IMG/VR virus record: IMGVR_UViG_3300046167_000921
Span: 64,001 to 128,000 of that record
DNA: 64,000 bases
Direction: 5' to 3' (one strand)
Source: a virus
The translations under genes and the position numbers were made by a program. Of this stretch, positions 44,352-53,413 are shown one piece after another. Position 1 is the first letter of the stretch, and each line of letters begins with the position of its first letter. Under the pieces are notes generated by a model that was given only the letters and a program-made list of their open reading frames with translations, searched no databases and had not been told where the DNA came from.

Positions 44352-44950
44352 ACAACCTCAAAGTACTGCAGTTACTTTTAGTGGCACTCCGCTCAGCCCA
44401 TTGGTCGCATTGGACGAGCCATTGGCAAGTTAAGGGTTCTTCTTTTTATGGAGACCATGAACTCATGGAGAGGTTATATGCGGGCTTAGTTGATGAAATT
44501 GATACCTTAGCAGAGAAGATCGTATCTAACTTTGGCTCAGATTCTGTCAACCCTGTAGAACAAGCCCAAGCTATGGCTAATGTCATGATGCCTGTTGCAG
44601 AAGATAGGTCGAACCAGAGTCCGCTTGAGCGAGCTTTGTTTGTCGAGGACGCCCTCCAGATCTTCTTCAAAGCAGCTTACAACTACCTGAAGAAGAGCGG
44701 TTTTTTAACGCTGGGTATGGATGATTTCATCATGTCAATGGCGAACAACCATGAAACCAACCTATACTTGCTCAGGCAAAGACTCAATAAAAACCCTTCA
44801 AAGACAGCCTTCAATAAGTACAACCCCACGGAGCTAGTTGGCCAGCTTTTAAAAGTATTAAGCAGTCATGGTCTCCATGAGGCATACGAACACATAAAGA
44901 GACACAAGGTTCCTCAAGTTGTTGATGACGCTTGGGTTAACCGAGATTAA
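44348..44950 (+). CDS. Dps/ferritin-like protein
   Basis: HWQVKGSSFYGDHELMERLY...EIDTLAEKI (Dps-type H...H...E...D...E). Confidence 0.75.
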   Translation: MNNLKVLQLLLVALRSAHWSHWTSHWQVKGSSFYGDHELMERLYAGLVDEIDTLAEKIVSNFGSDSVNPVEQAQAMANVMMPVAEDRSNQSPLERALFVEDALQIFFKAAYNYLKKSGFLTLGMDDFIMSMANNHETNLYLLRQRLNKNPSKTAFNKYNPTELVGQLLKVLSSHGLHEAYEHIKRHKVPQVVDDAWVNRD

Positions 44951-45028
44951 AAAACTTTTCGTGACTGCCCTCTTTTTTGATAATACTTAACATAAGTAAT
45001 CAATCTAGTTAAAAAAGGCACGTTGAAA

Positions 45029-45553
45029 ATGAAAAGAAAAATTGTTGAAGTAAAAGTTGAATTGGCCAAGTTCATGACTCACTTATTGGCTCCGTTCTAC
45101 GGCAAGCCTCAGGATGAGGACGGCAACGCCCTGCCAAGCAAGCGAGAGAAGAGCTGGTCGTTCTCACTGCACAACGCAAAGAACAACACGCATCTCACCT
45201 TCACGGCAACTCGAGCAAGGGGCGAGTACGAGAGTGACCCTGTTAAGGTTAGCCTCTCATGCACCAACTATGATCGTGTGATCGCCACAGTAGGGAAGAA
45301 CGCCTTCACTCCAGAATTGGCATACACCGACCATGAGAAGTTGGGGCTTGAAACCTTGAAGTGGGTCGTCGATGCCTCGAACGAGGGTTGGGATTGCCCT
45401 GATCACATTCGGGTCATGGCGGAGAGTCGTTGTGCGAGGTGTAGACTCGCACTTACCAACCCGACATCTGTCGAGTGGTTCTTCGGACCTACTTGCCGAA
45501 AGCGTGTAGGTATCGTGGCGACTAACTCAAAGACTGCAAAAGCAAAAAAGTAG
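45029..45553 (+). CDS. Hypothetical protein with C-terminal DUF6011-like Zn motif
   Basis: RCARCRLALTNPTSVEWFFGPTCRKR. ATG 45029 (TTG 45023 alternative). Confidence 0.65.
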   Translation: MKRKIVEVKVELAKFMTHLLAPFYGKPQDEDGNALPSKREKSWSFSLHNAKNNTHLTFTATRARGEYESDPVKVSLSCTNYDRVIATVGKNAFTPELAYTDHEKLGLETLKWVVDASNEGWDCPDHIRVMAESRCARCRLALTNPTSVEWFFGPTCRKRVGIVATNSKTAKAKK

Positions 45554-45562
45554 TTCTGCTTT

Positions 45563-45580
45563 GACCCCTATGGGGTCTTT
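45563..45580 (+). terminator. Possible intrinsic terminator
   Basis: GACCCC-TAT-GGGGTC-TTT just after the stop. Confidence 0.45.
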
Positions 45581-45816
45581 AGAGGGACTCACCCTCGTCG
45601 CATTGTTGCCTTGATCCCTCATCTGGTGAGGTGAGTTCTTTATATGCTCCATAGAAATACGGGGCATACCCCAAGATTAATATGGACGTGTACAGGTAGG
45701 TCATAATGCACCTCAATCTTCGGAGGCTGAGAGAAGAGGTGCATATACCTGACTTTTTCTTTAGGGTAAAGAAAAAAAAACCGAGACCCTCAAACTTATT
45801 GATAATATAAGTATAG

Positions 45817-45849
45817 TTAGTTTAGTTTAGTTTAGTTTAGTTTAGTTAG
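45817..45849 (+). repeat. Microsatellite TTAG(TTTAG)5TTAG
   Basis: Read directly. Abuts an AGGAG RBS. Confidence 0.95.
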
Positions 45850-45858
45850 GAGCACAGC

Positions 45859-45939
45859 ATGAGCATCGGAATTCTCAGCCTCGTTTTCTACGCCACCCTT
45901 CTCGGGATCGCTCTCGCAGATGCGGATTTATCGGCTTAA
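45859..45939 (+). CDS. 26-aa hydrophobic peptide
   Basis: AGGAG RBS 6 nt upstream. MSIGILSLVFYATLLGIALADADLSA. Confidence 0.45.
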   Translation: MSIGILSLVFYATLLGIALADADLSA

Positions 45940-46004
45940 AAAAAATAAAAAAAAAGAAAAGAAAAGAAAACGAGCAAACTTCCTGTGGGGGGAGTTTTAA
46001 GAAG

Positions 46005-46032
46005 ACCCAGACTTTATAGTCTGGGTTTTTTT
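46005..46032 (+). terminator. Intrinsic terminator at a convergent junction (possibly bidirectional)
   Basis: ACCCAGACT-TTAT-AGTCTGGGT followed by T6. Confidence 0.8.
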
Positions 46033-46047
46033 ATGCCTTCTGGCAAG

Positions 46048-47901
46048 TCACTTTCCCCGATTTATCCTATCTTTGAGGCTGTAGGAAGAAGGCGACCGAG
46101 GAGCTACTCTTCTAGGGTCGCTCCCTCCTCTGCCTGAGTATCTGCCCGCTGTGGCAAAGGTCTTCCCTCCAGCCATCGGGTGGGAGTAGTTTGACCTGCC
46201 TTTCGCGAAGTATCGGGTCTTCCCGATACTGTTTGAAGCGAGCCATGTCATTCTGACAATCGCATCTGACATATCGTCGTGCTTACCTGCGACCTGAGGA
46301 GCTTCTACTGTGATCAGGTGCTTTGAGTGTACTGTCTGTTGCAGTTCTAGCATCTCAACAATATAAGGCTCGTTTCCATCTTGGAGGGGGTCTTTTCTGT
46401 TATAGAGCCTCAGCTTCTTATCCCACATCATATCTTTGAAGTTCTGGTACATCTGAGAAGTGATTTGCTTCGTCATGTTAACCGAGGTGAGTTGCTTCAA
46501 GCCCCTTTTTTCGAGGGCTTGCTGGAAGGGGATGCCCGCCCATTGGTCAAAGATCCCTTCAGCGAAGTAGAACTTGTTAGAGAACCCCAGCACCCAATCT
46601 GCGACATCATCAAACTCTAGTCTCTCTTTGTCCACATAAAGACCTTCTCCCGCTTTGATCATATCGACAAGGTCTAATACGATGCGTCCGTCTTCTTCAA
46701 TATGTCCAATTGCAATAGCACTGCCGTCACCTACAAGTGCGAGGTCAATACCTACAAAGTGAGGTCTTCTGGCGGGTGCAGACCTGTTAGCTGAGAGGGA
46801 GGGGTCTACACAAGCGAGTAGGTCTTCCTCTTTCTCTATCCAGCCTCTTGTTCTATCCGTGAACTCGCCTCCGTACTCTGTGAAGAAGACTGCAGGGTTC
46901 TTGAGGTAGTGTTTCTCAAACTCTTGAGCTGGTACGGTAGGGTTGACCTCCCATGTAGGAGCTTGGACAGACAGGATATTATCAGCCGCCTGTCCTCCTC
47001 TCATGCCGATTTGGAAGATAGTATAAAACAGACCCTGTCTGCCAAGGGGAGAAGAGATAAGTATAACCCTACCCTCAACCTCCCCTATAGGTACAGTTGG
47101 ATTATCGGGGTCTTTCGCGGAGTAGGCTGATGTTGAAGGTACAACCGCGTTATAGACTTCCTCCGCCCCTGATTGTCCCGTTTCGGTAAAGTGGGCTACC
47201 TCATCAAGGATGACGCATATGTTACCTGCACCACGAAGACCTTTAGCGACACAGGATCTGAAAGTGACCTTCAGTGTGGCTTTAGCTGTAGGGTCTTCTA
47301 TGTAACGCCCATACTTCTCAACGTCAGCGGGTGTCTGAAACCTAGCATAGCTAAGAGTGTTATTCGCGGTGTAAGGCCCAAAGAATGCACAATTCCGATA
47401 GTGTCCAGACACCTCTTGATAGAGTAGGCCTGCTTGGTCTTTGTCTGTAGCTACAGAGATTATTTGTATGTTGTTGGATGCTGGCAGGCCGTAGAACTTT
47501 TGAGGGTTCTCTTTTTTGATGAGCTTATATGTCTCGTAGGCGGCGATGCACGCGGATATTGTAGTCTTCCCAGACCTCCTGCCTATGGAGAGAACCATCT
47601 CTCGCCTCTGCTTGCCTGGTATAACCTCTCCTATGTTGCATCTGCCTTCATCAAAAAGCTTTTTGAGGTAACTCTTCTCCGTGTGTACTTCTACGTTCTT
47701 CCTTGACCAATCAGAGATCTCGAAAGTCTCTGTGTCATCAAGCTCCAGCCCGTAGTGAGCTTTCAAAATAACTCTCTGCACAGGGAATAGGTTCATTTTT
47801 AAGCCCCAAGGAGACTCCACGAACTCTATGATATTAGCATCTTTTTCGGATCTCTTCCCAGCTTTGGCACTTGCACTGATTGCAACTGAGGAAAGACTCA
47901 T
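46048..47901 (-). CDS. Terminase large subunit
   Basis: Walker A IGRRSGKT, Walker B CVILDEVAH, ISSPLG, RNase H-like nuclease FVGIDLA...FDQW...HDDMSDA. Confidence 0.9.
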   Translation of the reverse strand: MSLSSVAISASAKAGKRSEKDANIIEFVESPWGLKMNLFPVQRVILKAHYGLELDDTETFEISDWSRKNVEVHTEKSYLKKLFDEGRCNIGEVIPGKQRREMVLSIGRRSGKTTISACIAAYETYKLIKKENPQKFYGLPASNNIQIISVATDKDQAGLLYQEVSGHYRNCAFFGPYTANNTLSYARFQTPADVEKYGRYIEDPTAKATLKVTFRSCVAKGLRGAGNICVILDEVAHFTETGQSGAEEVYNAVVPSTSAYSAKDPDNPTVPIGEVEGRVILISSPLGRQGLFYTIFQIGMRGGQAADNILSVQAPTWEVNPTVPAQEFEKHYLKNPAVFFTEYGGEFTDRTRGWIEKEEDLLACVDPSLSANRSAPARRPHFVGIDLALVGDGSAIAIGHIEEDGRIVLDLVDMIKAGEGLYVDKERLEFDDVADWVLGFSNKFYFAEGIFDQWAGIPFQQALEKRGLKQLTSVNMTKQITSQMYQNFKDMMWDKKLRLYNRKDPLQDGNEPYIVEMLELQQTVHSKHLITVEAPQVAGKHDDMSDAIVRMTWLASNSIGKTRYFAKGRSNYSHPMAGGKTFATAGRYSGRGGSDPRRVAPRSPSSYSLKDRINRGK

Positions 47902-48569
47902 TTCTCCCCCATCGCTTTCTTTGCGTCATTCATCCAATCGGGGTCGTCTACCATATTCCCGAACACGGCAAAGATGCTCTCCGCCAATTCAGGTCTTACT
48001 CCAGCCTCATCGCAAGACTTCCTGAAGGTCTCTGCGATATGCCCAAAGACTTTTTTGAACGCCTTTGAATCTAAGTCTATGGACTTGGATGACATGATTT
48101 CTTTTTTCTTCAGCCAAGTGTCTCCGACAGCCCTTAATGCATTAACTCTTCGCAAAGAGATCTGGGAAGTCTTCTCGCCTCTCCTTTCCGCCTCTTCTCG
48201 CTCGAAAGCCAAAGAAGCGGACTCTTCTGCGAGACCCACAAGAACTTGTGTGAGAACGTGTTCAGAGTCGGGGTTTGTTTTAGTCTCACCCAGCACTTTG
48301 TCGGACTTTACTTTAGTCTTCTTCCTTTGTTGCAAGCTATTTAGATTAACCGCAGAAGAAGAGCTAGGCGAAGCTGGGTTTGTTATTGGAGAGGATGTGC
48401 TGGGTGATCCTGGTTTGCCGTACATAACATATGGCTCTCCTGTCTTAGGGTTGATCTGCACGTCATCTTTGTCTACTAGCTCCGAGGGCTTCTTCCATAC
48501 GAGCTTTCCGTATTCATCTTTTACTTGTACTCTGGTAGCCCCATGAGGGATAGGTATTCTAGTAGGCAT
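47898..48569 (-). CDS. Probable terminase small subunit
   Basis: Immediately upstream of TerL with a 4-nt overlap, helical C-half. Positional inference. Confidence 0.45.
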   Translation of the reverse strand: MPTRIPIPHGATRVQVKDEYGKLVWKKPSELVDKDDVQINPKTGEPYVMYGKPGSPSTSSPITNPASPSSSSAVNLNSLQQRKKTKVKSDKVLGETKTNPDSEHVLTQVLVGLAEESASLAFEREEAERRGEKTSQISLRRVNALRAVGDTWLKKKEIMSSKSIDLDSKAFKKVFGHIAETFRKSCDEAGVRPELAESIFAVFGNMVDDPDWMNDAKKAMGEK

Positions 48570-48586
48570 TTTTCAGCACTCCTTTC

Positions 48587-49246
48587 TCAGGAGATGTCCA
48601 TAGGGGACATGCCTCCCTTTCTTAAGATATTAACATACGCCCCCTCGTTTACAGGGTCATATAGTATGTTACCATCAGAGTCCTCTAAGACGAAAGGTGG
48701 ATCTCCACCTAAGAGGAGGTACGTGTAAGAGTAGACTCTAATGAAGAGGTCGTCAAACACCCCTCTGCTGTAGACAAGAACATGATTCAAGTTATTCGGG
48801 TCTATCTCAGCTTTCAGGTTGACTTTCATATCATTAAGTATGTTAGCGAGGTCTTCCGCCACGTCGTTGACATCCCCCGCTCCTTCCCCTTCAGCTTGAC
48901 CAAAGTAAGATCCTGCTTTGAGTGAACTAAGTCTATCTAAATCTTGAGAGTTTTGACCTATAATCTGAATCTCGTCTGATTTGTAGTAAGGGGGGGCGTT
49001 ACCTAAGTTCGGGTTTCCGAAATCGGTAGACTCCACTTTAATTCTCAACAAGGCTTCACGGCTCTTGGTGTTACCTAAGAGAGCATCGCCTGTGTTTGAG
49101 CTAATTACTTGAGTCTCAAAAACCTGCCTCAAAGGGACAGGGTTGCCTGACTCTCCTTTTGAAGGGTCTGAAGACCTAGCATGGTGTGCAACAAGCATCT
49201 TGAAAGAGGGGGAAGCCACAACTCGTTTCTGGTAGGAAGAATACAT
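48587..49246 (-). CDS. Hypothetical protein (head/packaging operon)
   Basis: 219 aa, GGAG RBS. Confidence 0.65.
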   Translation of the reverse strand: MYSSYQKRVVASPSFKMLVAHHARSSDPSKGESGNPVPLRQVFETQVISSNTGDALLGNTKSREALLRIKVESTDFGNPNLGNAPPYYKSDEIQIIGQNSQDLDRLSSLKAGSYFGQAEGEGAGDVNDVAEDLANILNDMKVNLKAEIDPNNLNHVLVYSRGVFDDLFIRVYSYTYLLLGGDPPFVLEDSDGNILYDPVNEGAYVNILRKGGMSPMDIS

Positions 49247-49256
49247 CTACAAGCTC

Positions 49257-51557
49257 CTATAGGTCAAAGCCGCCGAAGAGGATGTTTCCGAGATCCTTAT
49301 CTTTTGGGGCTTCTACGTTTAGTTGAATATGCTCACTCGAGGAAAGGTTGAATTGGTTAGGGTCATAAGTGTTACTAAAGAGAGATGCAATTTTCTCACT
49401 GTCTGTAGAGTTCGCGATCCTAATCATTTCTTCCTTATAGTCTGCGGGGTTCTCTACGACCTCAGACACGGAGGCCACAATCACCTTATTGTATTTCTGG
49501 CAAGTTCCCTGAGAGTTGAAGACACAAGAACCACACTTGCTAGTTTTTAACAAGGTAGGGATCTGGTTTGCTCTGTGTATTAAAGCACCCTTATCGCACC
49601 CTTCAGTCCCATTGGACAGGTATGCCTCTGCGTCTACATAGGCGTGTCCTGAGAGACCTTCGTGCTCATCTCTTAGGGAGGCGATCTTAGATTGGTACTC
49701 ATGTACTACGTTCTCGTTGAATCTTGAGGTAAGAAGAATATTTAACTCTTCACCGACCGCTCCTTCACTCATTTTTCTCTTTAGCCAAGAAGAGACTTTC
49801 TGCTCAGTGGCACTTACAACATTAGATTTTTTATGACCCAGCACATGAGCAGTTTCTTCTCCCACATACACATTAGACTCGCTTGGTGTCGCCGCGAATT
49901 CGAAAGCTTTTCTCACGAAGTCGTTAGGGTCTTCTATAGAGCTTATCTTTTCATATTGCTCTTTGCCCAATAGTCCCGTCGATAAGAGCTTATCAACTTT
50001 TGCATTGGCGGCCTTCCAAGAATTCGCGTTGGCTCTCTTCTCTCTACTAGGGAGAGGCTCTACTGCTTTGTTTCGAGCCTTAGTCATCCTATGCTCTGTT
50101 AGGCTATACTCTTGATAAGACCTCTGCTCTGCAGGTCTGGCTATGACTTCAAGAACAGAGGCAAGCTTGTCTTCGGGTGTCTTCTTTCCTTGGATAGCTT
50201 CCCCTACTTCTTCGTAGGAGATCTCACCCGCCCTTAAGAGTTGAGATATCTTTAACATAGCGGATTTCTGACGCTTTGCGTATTCTCGTTCTTCTTTACG
50301 GGGTACACTTGCTTCCCTAGAGATCTTCTCTTTCTTCATATTGAAATATGAAGTACTCTCACCTTGCCCGCTATAATCTGATGCCGCCGACGGTCGGCTT
50401 GCCATCCTATACAAAAGGTTTATCTTCTCTGTAGGAGTTCCTTTAGAGTTTAGGGCCTTTGTTGTCTCGCTCTCGCCGAGAAACCCTTGTGAGACGAGCT
50501 GTCCTGCAATCTTCTCAAGTCTCCTTTGAGCGGTCGAAGTTTCTCTGTGTTCCCTTGAATCAACCTTTTCAACAATAGTAGAGGTTTTCTTCAGGTTACT
50601 AGTGCCGTCATGGTTAGGAAACCAAGTCTGTGTAGCAACAGACTCTGGTTGCTTGCTCATTTGAGAGAAGAGACTCTTGATCTTCTCTTTGTAGCTTGAG
50701 CCTGCTTCCTTCTCTATGCCACAAGCTTCAAACTTAGGCTTGAGCAAAGAGTGGGCTTTCTTCCAAGATATATCTTTAACACTAGCGACAACTTCCATCC
50801 CCAAGAACCTGTCAAAAGGAGTTCCTTTGGCGATCAGGTACATGCATGAAGCACACTTCTTGTTAATTTCCGCATCCCACTTTCCATTGAAGATACCTGG
50901 GAAGTGGCTCGCTCTGATGTAGACCTTTCCGTATAGACCTGAATCTTTCGAGAGCCTCCCCCTTAGCTCCTTGTCCTCTACCGATTTGAGATCTAGGTTG
51001 TCAAAAGCGAGCTTCCTGTATGCCTTTTCTTTTTTTTCTCGGTAAGAGTCACCTGGTAACTTGCTTTGTTCTTTTCGGTATGGGTTTAAATAAGGCTCAT
51101 TCTTATGGTTGGTGTTAGGGATGATAGTCGTACCATCAGTAGAGGCAGAACCCCATAGCTCTTGAAGGGCTTTGAGGTTGCTTGCCTCAGGGTCATTGAG
51201 GTTTCCCTCTTCCATATTCTTAATAACTTCTTCAAGGGATCTTACACCCTTAAGGTCGGGCTCGGGTTGTGAAGCAAGCCAAGAGTGATCCACAAGGTTA
51301 ATGTCTTGACCTGCGTCTCTTGTGAGTTCCGCCATATTCAAGTCGGCTTCGACAGCTAAGCCATCAGGCATATCAGAGTGTAGATTACCATCAGGAGGGA
51401 CGATACCTCGAGGTAAACCTGCGATCCCTTTAGCTTCAGGGAGGCGTGCTCCGTCGAGGACACCATCATTATATTCGGTGTCGAAGTGGAAGCCGTCTAA
51501 CATGTAGTTAGAACCGTTTGTAAGGGAGAATCCTCCATTGGGTGTCTTGCTACTCAT
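49257..51557 (-). CDS. Large putative virion/head protein with internal repeats
   Basis: 766 aa. Three helical repeats of about 45 aa, two GLxGxxY motifs, Cys clusters KCASC and KCGSC...TC. Confidence 0.7.
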   Translation of the reverse strand: MSSKTPNGGFSLTNGSNYMLDGFHFDTEYNDGVLDGARLPEAKGIAGLPRGIVPPDGNLHSDMPDGLAVEADLNMAELTRDAGQDINLVDHSWLASQPEPDLKGVRSLEEVIKNMEEGNLNDPEASNLKALQELWGSASTDGTTIIPNTNHKNEPYLNPYRKEQSKLPGDSYREKKEKAYRKLAFDNLDLKSVEDKELRGRLSKDSGLYGKVYIRASHFPGIFNGKWDAEINKKCASCMYLIAKGTPFDRFLGMEVVASVKDISWKKAHSLLKPKFEACGIEKEAGSSYKEKIKSLFSQMSKQPESVATQTWFPNHDGTSNLKKTSTIVEKVDSREHRETSTAQRRLEKIAGQLVSQGFLGESETTKALNSKGTPTEKINLLYRMASRPSAASDYSGQGESTSYFNMKKEKISREASVPRKEEREYAKRQKSAMLKISQLLRAGEISYEEVGEAIQGKKTPEDKLASVLEVIARPAEQRSYQEYSLTEHRMTKARNKAVEPLPSREKRANANSWKAANAKVDKLLSTGLLGKEQYEKISSIEDPNDFVRKAFEFAATPSESNVYVGEETAHVLGHKKSNVVSATEQKVSSWLKRKMSEGAVGEELNILLTSRFNENVVHEYQSKIASLRDEHEGLSGHAYVDAEAYLSNGTEGCDKGALIHRANQIPTLLKTSKCGSCVFNSQGTCQKYNKVIVASVSEVVENPADYKEEMIRIANSTDSEKIASLFSNTYDPNQFNLSSSEHIQLNVEAPKDKDLGNILFGGFDL

Positions 51558-52114
51558 TTCTTCTTCCTTTCACTCAAGAAGTCCCTACTAGGGTCTTTTG
51601 GAGAGTCATCCTCTTCCTGTTCCTGCAAAGCCCAGCCTTCTGGGTCTCCCTTGATTTCTTCAATATCTTCCATAACTTGAACTAGTACTTTCTCTTGTTC
51701 AAGTTGCCAATGGTCAGCAGTGACTTCATCGTATAGGGTGTCGGACAAGGCAGAAAGAGCTTCGACAATATTCATGTATTGCCGCCTCATCGCCTTTATC
51801 TCCATAATGTAGCCTCTGCCTCCAAGATTTCCGTCTGGGGAGATGTCCCTAGACTTAATCTTAGCGAAGGTAGAATACGCACTCATGGCGTGACCTAAAG
51901 CGGATAATGTGGCCCTAAGTACTTTAGCTAGGTTCTTATTGCACTTCTTATTGTATTTGTGCTCAGGGTCCATGAACCGAGAACTAGGGGGGTGTTGCCC
52001 CCAAGCCCAAGCATTAGAATCATCTCCGTGATCTTTGATAAAGCGGACTTCGCCCGCCGTCTTAACTCGTCTTGAATATTTCCGAGCTACGCTTTTTGGG
52101 TCTGCCTTACTCAT
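51554..52114 (-). CDS. Hypothetical protein with N-terminal SVARKY/KTAG tags
   Basis: Start moved to MSKADPK (GAGG RBS). Confidence 0.7.
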   Translation of the reverse strand: MSKADPKSVARKYSRRVKTAGEVRFIKDHGDDSNAWAWGQHPPSSRFMDPEHKYNKKCNKNLAKVLRATLSALGHAMSAYSTFAKIKSRDISPDGNLGGRGYIMEIKAMRRQYMNIVEALSALSDTLYDEVTADHWQLEQEKVLVQVMEDIEEIKGDPEGWALQEQEEDDSPKDPSRDFLSERKKK

Positions 52115-52154
52115 CTGACTACCTCTCAATATCTGTTACTGAGAGAGCAGGCTT

Positions 52155-52166
52155 ATAAATGAGATA
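52155..52166 (-). promoter_or_regulatory. Putative late promoter heading the head/terminase operon
   Basis: TAT-CTCATT-TAT, 41 nt upstream of ATG 52114. Confidence 0.55.
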
Positions 52167-52314
52167 TTGAAGATCAGCACCTTATTGATCCTCAAAGAGT
52201 GAAACCTGTCTTTCTTTGACTTCTCCAACCTCGCATTCTCGACTCTGATTCCGACGTAGGATGTTTTGGCAACCAACGGGGGGGTCAAGTATAAACCCGA
52301 AGGCACACCTTCAA

Positions 52315-53271
52315 CTATTTTACCTCGGTGTTTACGATGTCATTAAGTCTGGACTTAAACTCTTCAGTCCAGCTCTTCTCCGCTGGAACATCTTTGGAAG
52401 AGGAGATGAAGTACAACTTGCCTACGCTAGGGTTAATTGAAGTGTATCCTCTGCCGTCTCTTTCATTGAGAAGGAAGTAGAAGTCACCCTGCTTGTTATA
52501 GCCTGCGGAGATGACCTCCCCTTCGTAATATATAACGGAGTATTCAGAGAGCTTGCTATCCATCAGGTCATTGAAGTTTCCATGTAGAGTTGTCTTCTTC
52601 TCCCTACTTTCGAGCATCGTTTGTGTCAAATCTCTACGAGCTTGGGGGGCTGGAGATTTACCGCCTCTGTCGTATACAACAGCAAACAGGGGCTTTGTGG
52701 CTGTAGATCCTAAGTAAGAATTAATGTTCCTAAATGCACGGTAGAGACCCACTTTGTCATGTGGTGCGAGGCTTTTCTCCCTCATCTGCTCAAGAACCTT
52801 CTCTTGCTTCTCAAGGTTGCCAGATTTCTCTGCGGCCTCGAGTTTATTTTGCAACCCTCTGATCCTTACAGGCAAGACTGCCTTGAATTTGAATTTATTA
52901 CCAGGCTTACCCGTCCTCAGGTCAATCGGTGCGACTTCAATCGTGCAATCTTCTCTTAGGTCTCTAGGTCTGGTGATATCGAGGATCACGCAGTACATGG
53001 GTTTTTCAGGCGTGTGCGTAAGTAAGCCACAGTTTTTAATATTCTGCGGGTGCGTGCATTTCTTCCCCTCGACCTTGACTACTTCTCCTACTTCGAGTGC
53101 TCCTTTCCTTTGGGTCTTTATAGATCCCTTTGGGTTAATGAAGACTCCTTGGGAAGAAAGATACGACTTTACCTCAGACTCGGTCATGCCTGTCGGGTTT
53201 GATAGCTTACCCCACGCCGCGAATGCTGCAGGGTCATTTGTGAGTGCGTTTGCACCTGATTCTTTTTTCAT
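52315..53271 (-). CDS. Hypothetical protein
   Basis: 318 aa, AAGGAG RBS. TAA-TATATC-TAT at 53306-53317. Confidence 0.7.
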   Translation of the reverse strand: MKKESGANALTNDPAAFAAWGKLSNPTGMTESEVKSYLSSQGVFINPKGSIKTQRKGALEVGEVVKVEGKKCTHPQNIKNCGLLTHTPEKPMYCVILDITRPRDLREDCTIEVAPIDLRTGKPGNKFKFKAVLPVRIRGLQNKLEAAEKSGNLEKQEKVLEQMREKSLAPHDKVGLYRAFRNINSYLGSTATKPLFAVVYDRGGKSPAPQARRDLTQTMLESREKKTTLHGNFNDLMDSKLSEYSVIYYEGEVISAGYNKQGDFYFLLNERDGRGYTSINPSVGKLYFISSSKDVPAEKSWTEEFKSRLNDIVNTEVK

Positions 53272-53413
53272 GATTCATTCTCCTTTGGTCACCATTCTGT
53301 TGAGTATAGATATATTATAAAAATACCTGATTGGGGCGAACAATAATATGTGTTAGATGAGCTCCGCTTATATGGAGGAGATAGGTTGCTCTAAATTCTG
53401 TTAGGAGACTCAA

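Noticed and set aside
45817-45849. TTTAG repeats as a CRISPR array or telomere
   Set aside because: There are no spacers and the unit is 5 bp. It is internal and short, so it was reported as a microsatellite only.
29047-47901. Introns or inteins in nrdA, nrdB or terL
   Set aside because: Lengths are normal and motifs contiguous, with no intein termini or embedded endonuclease
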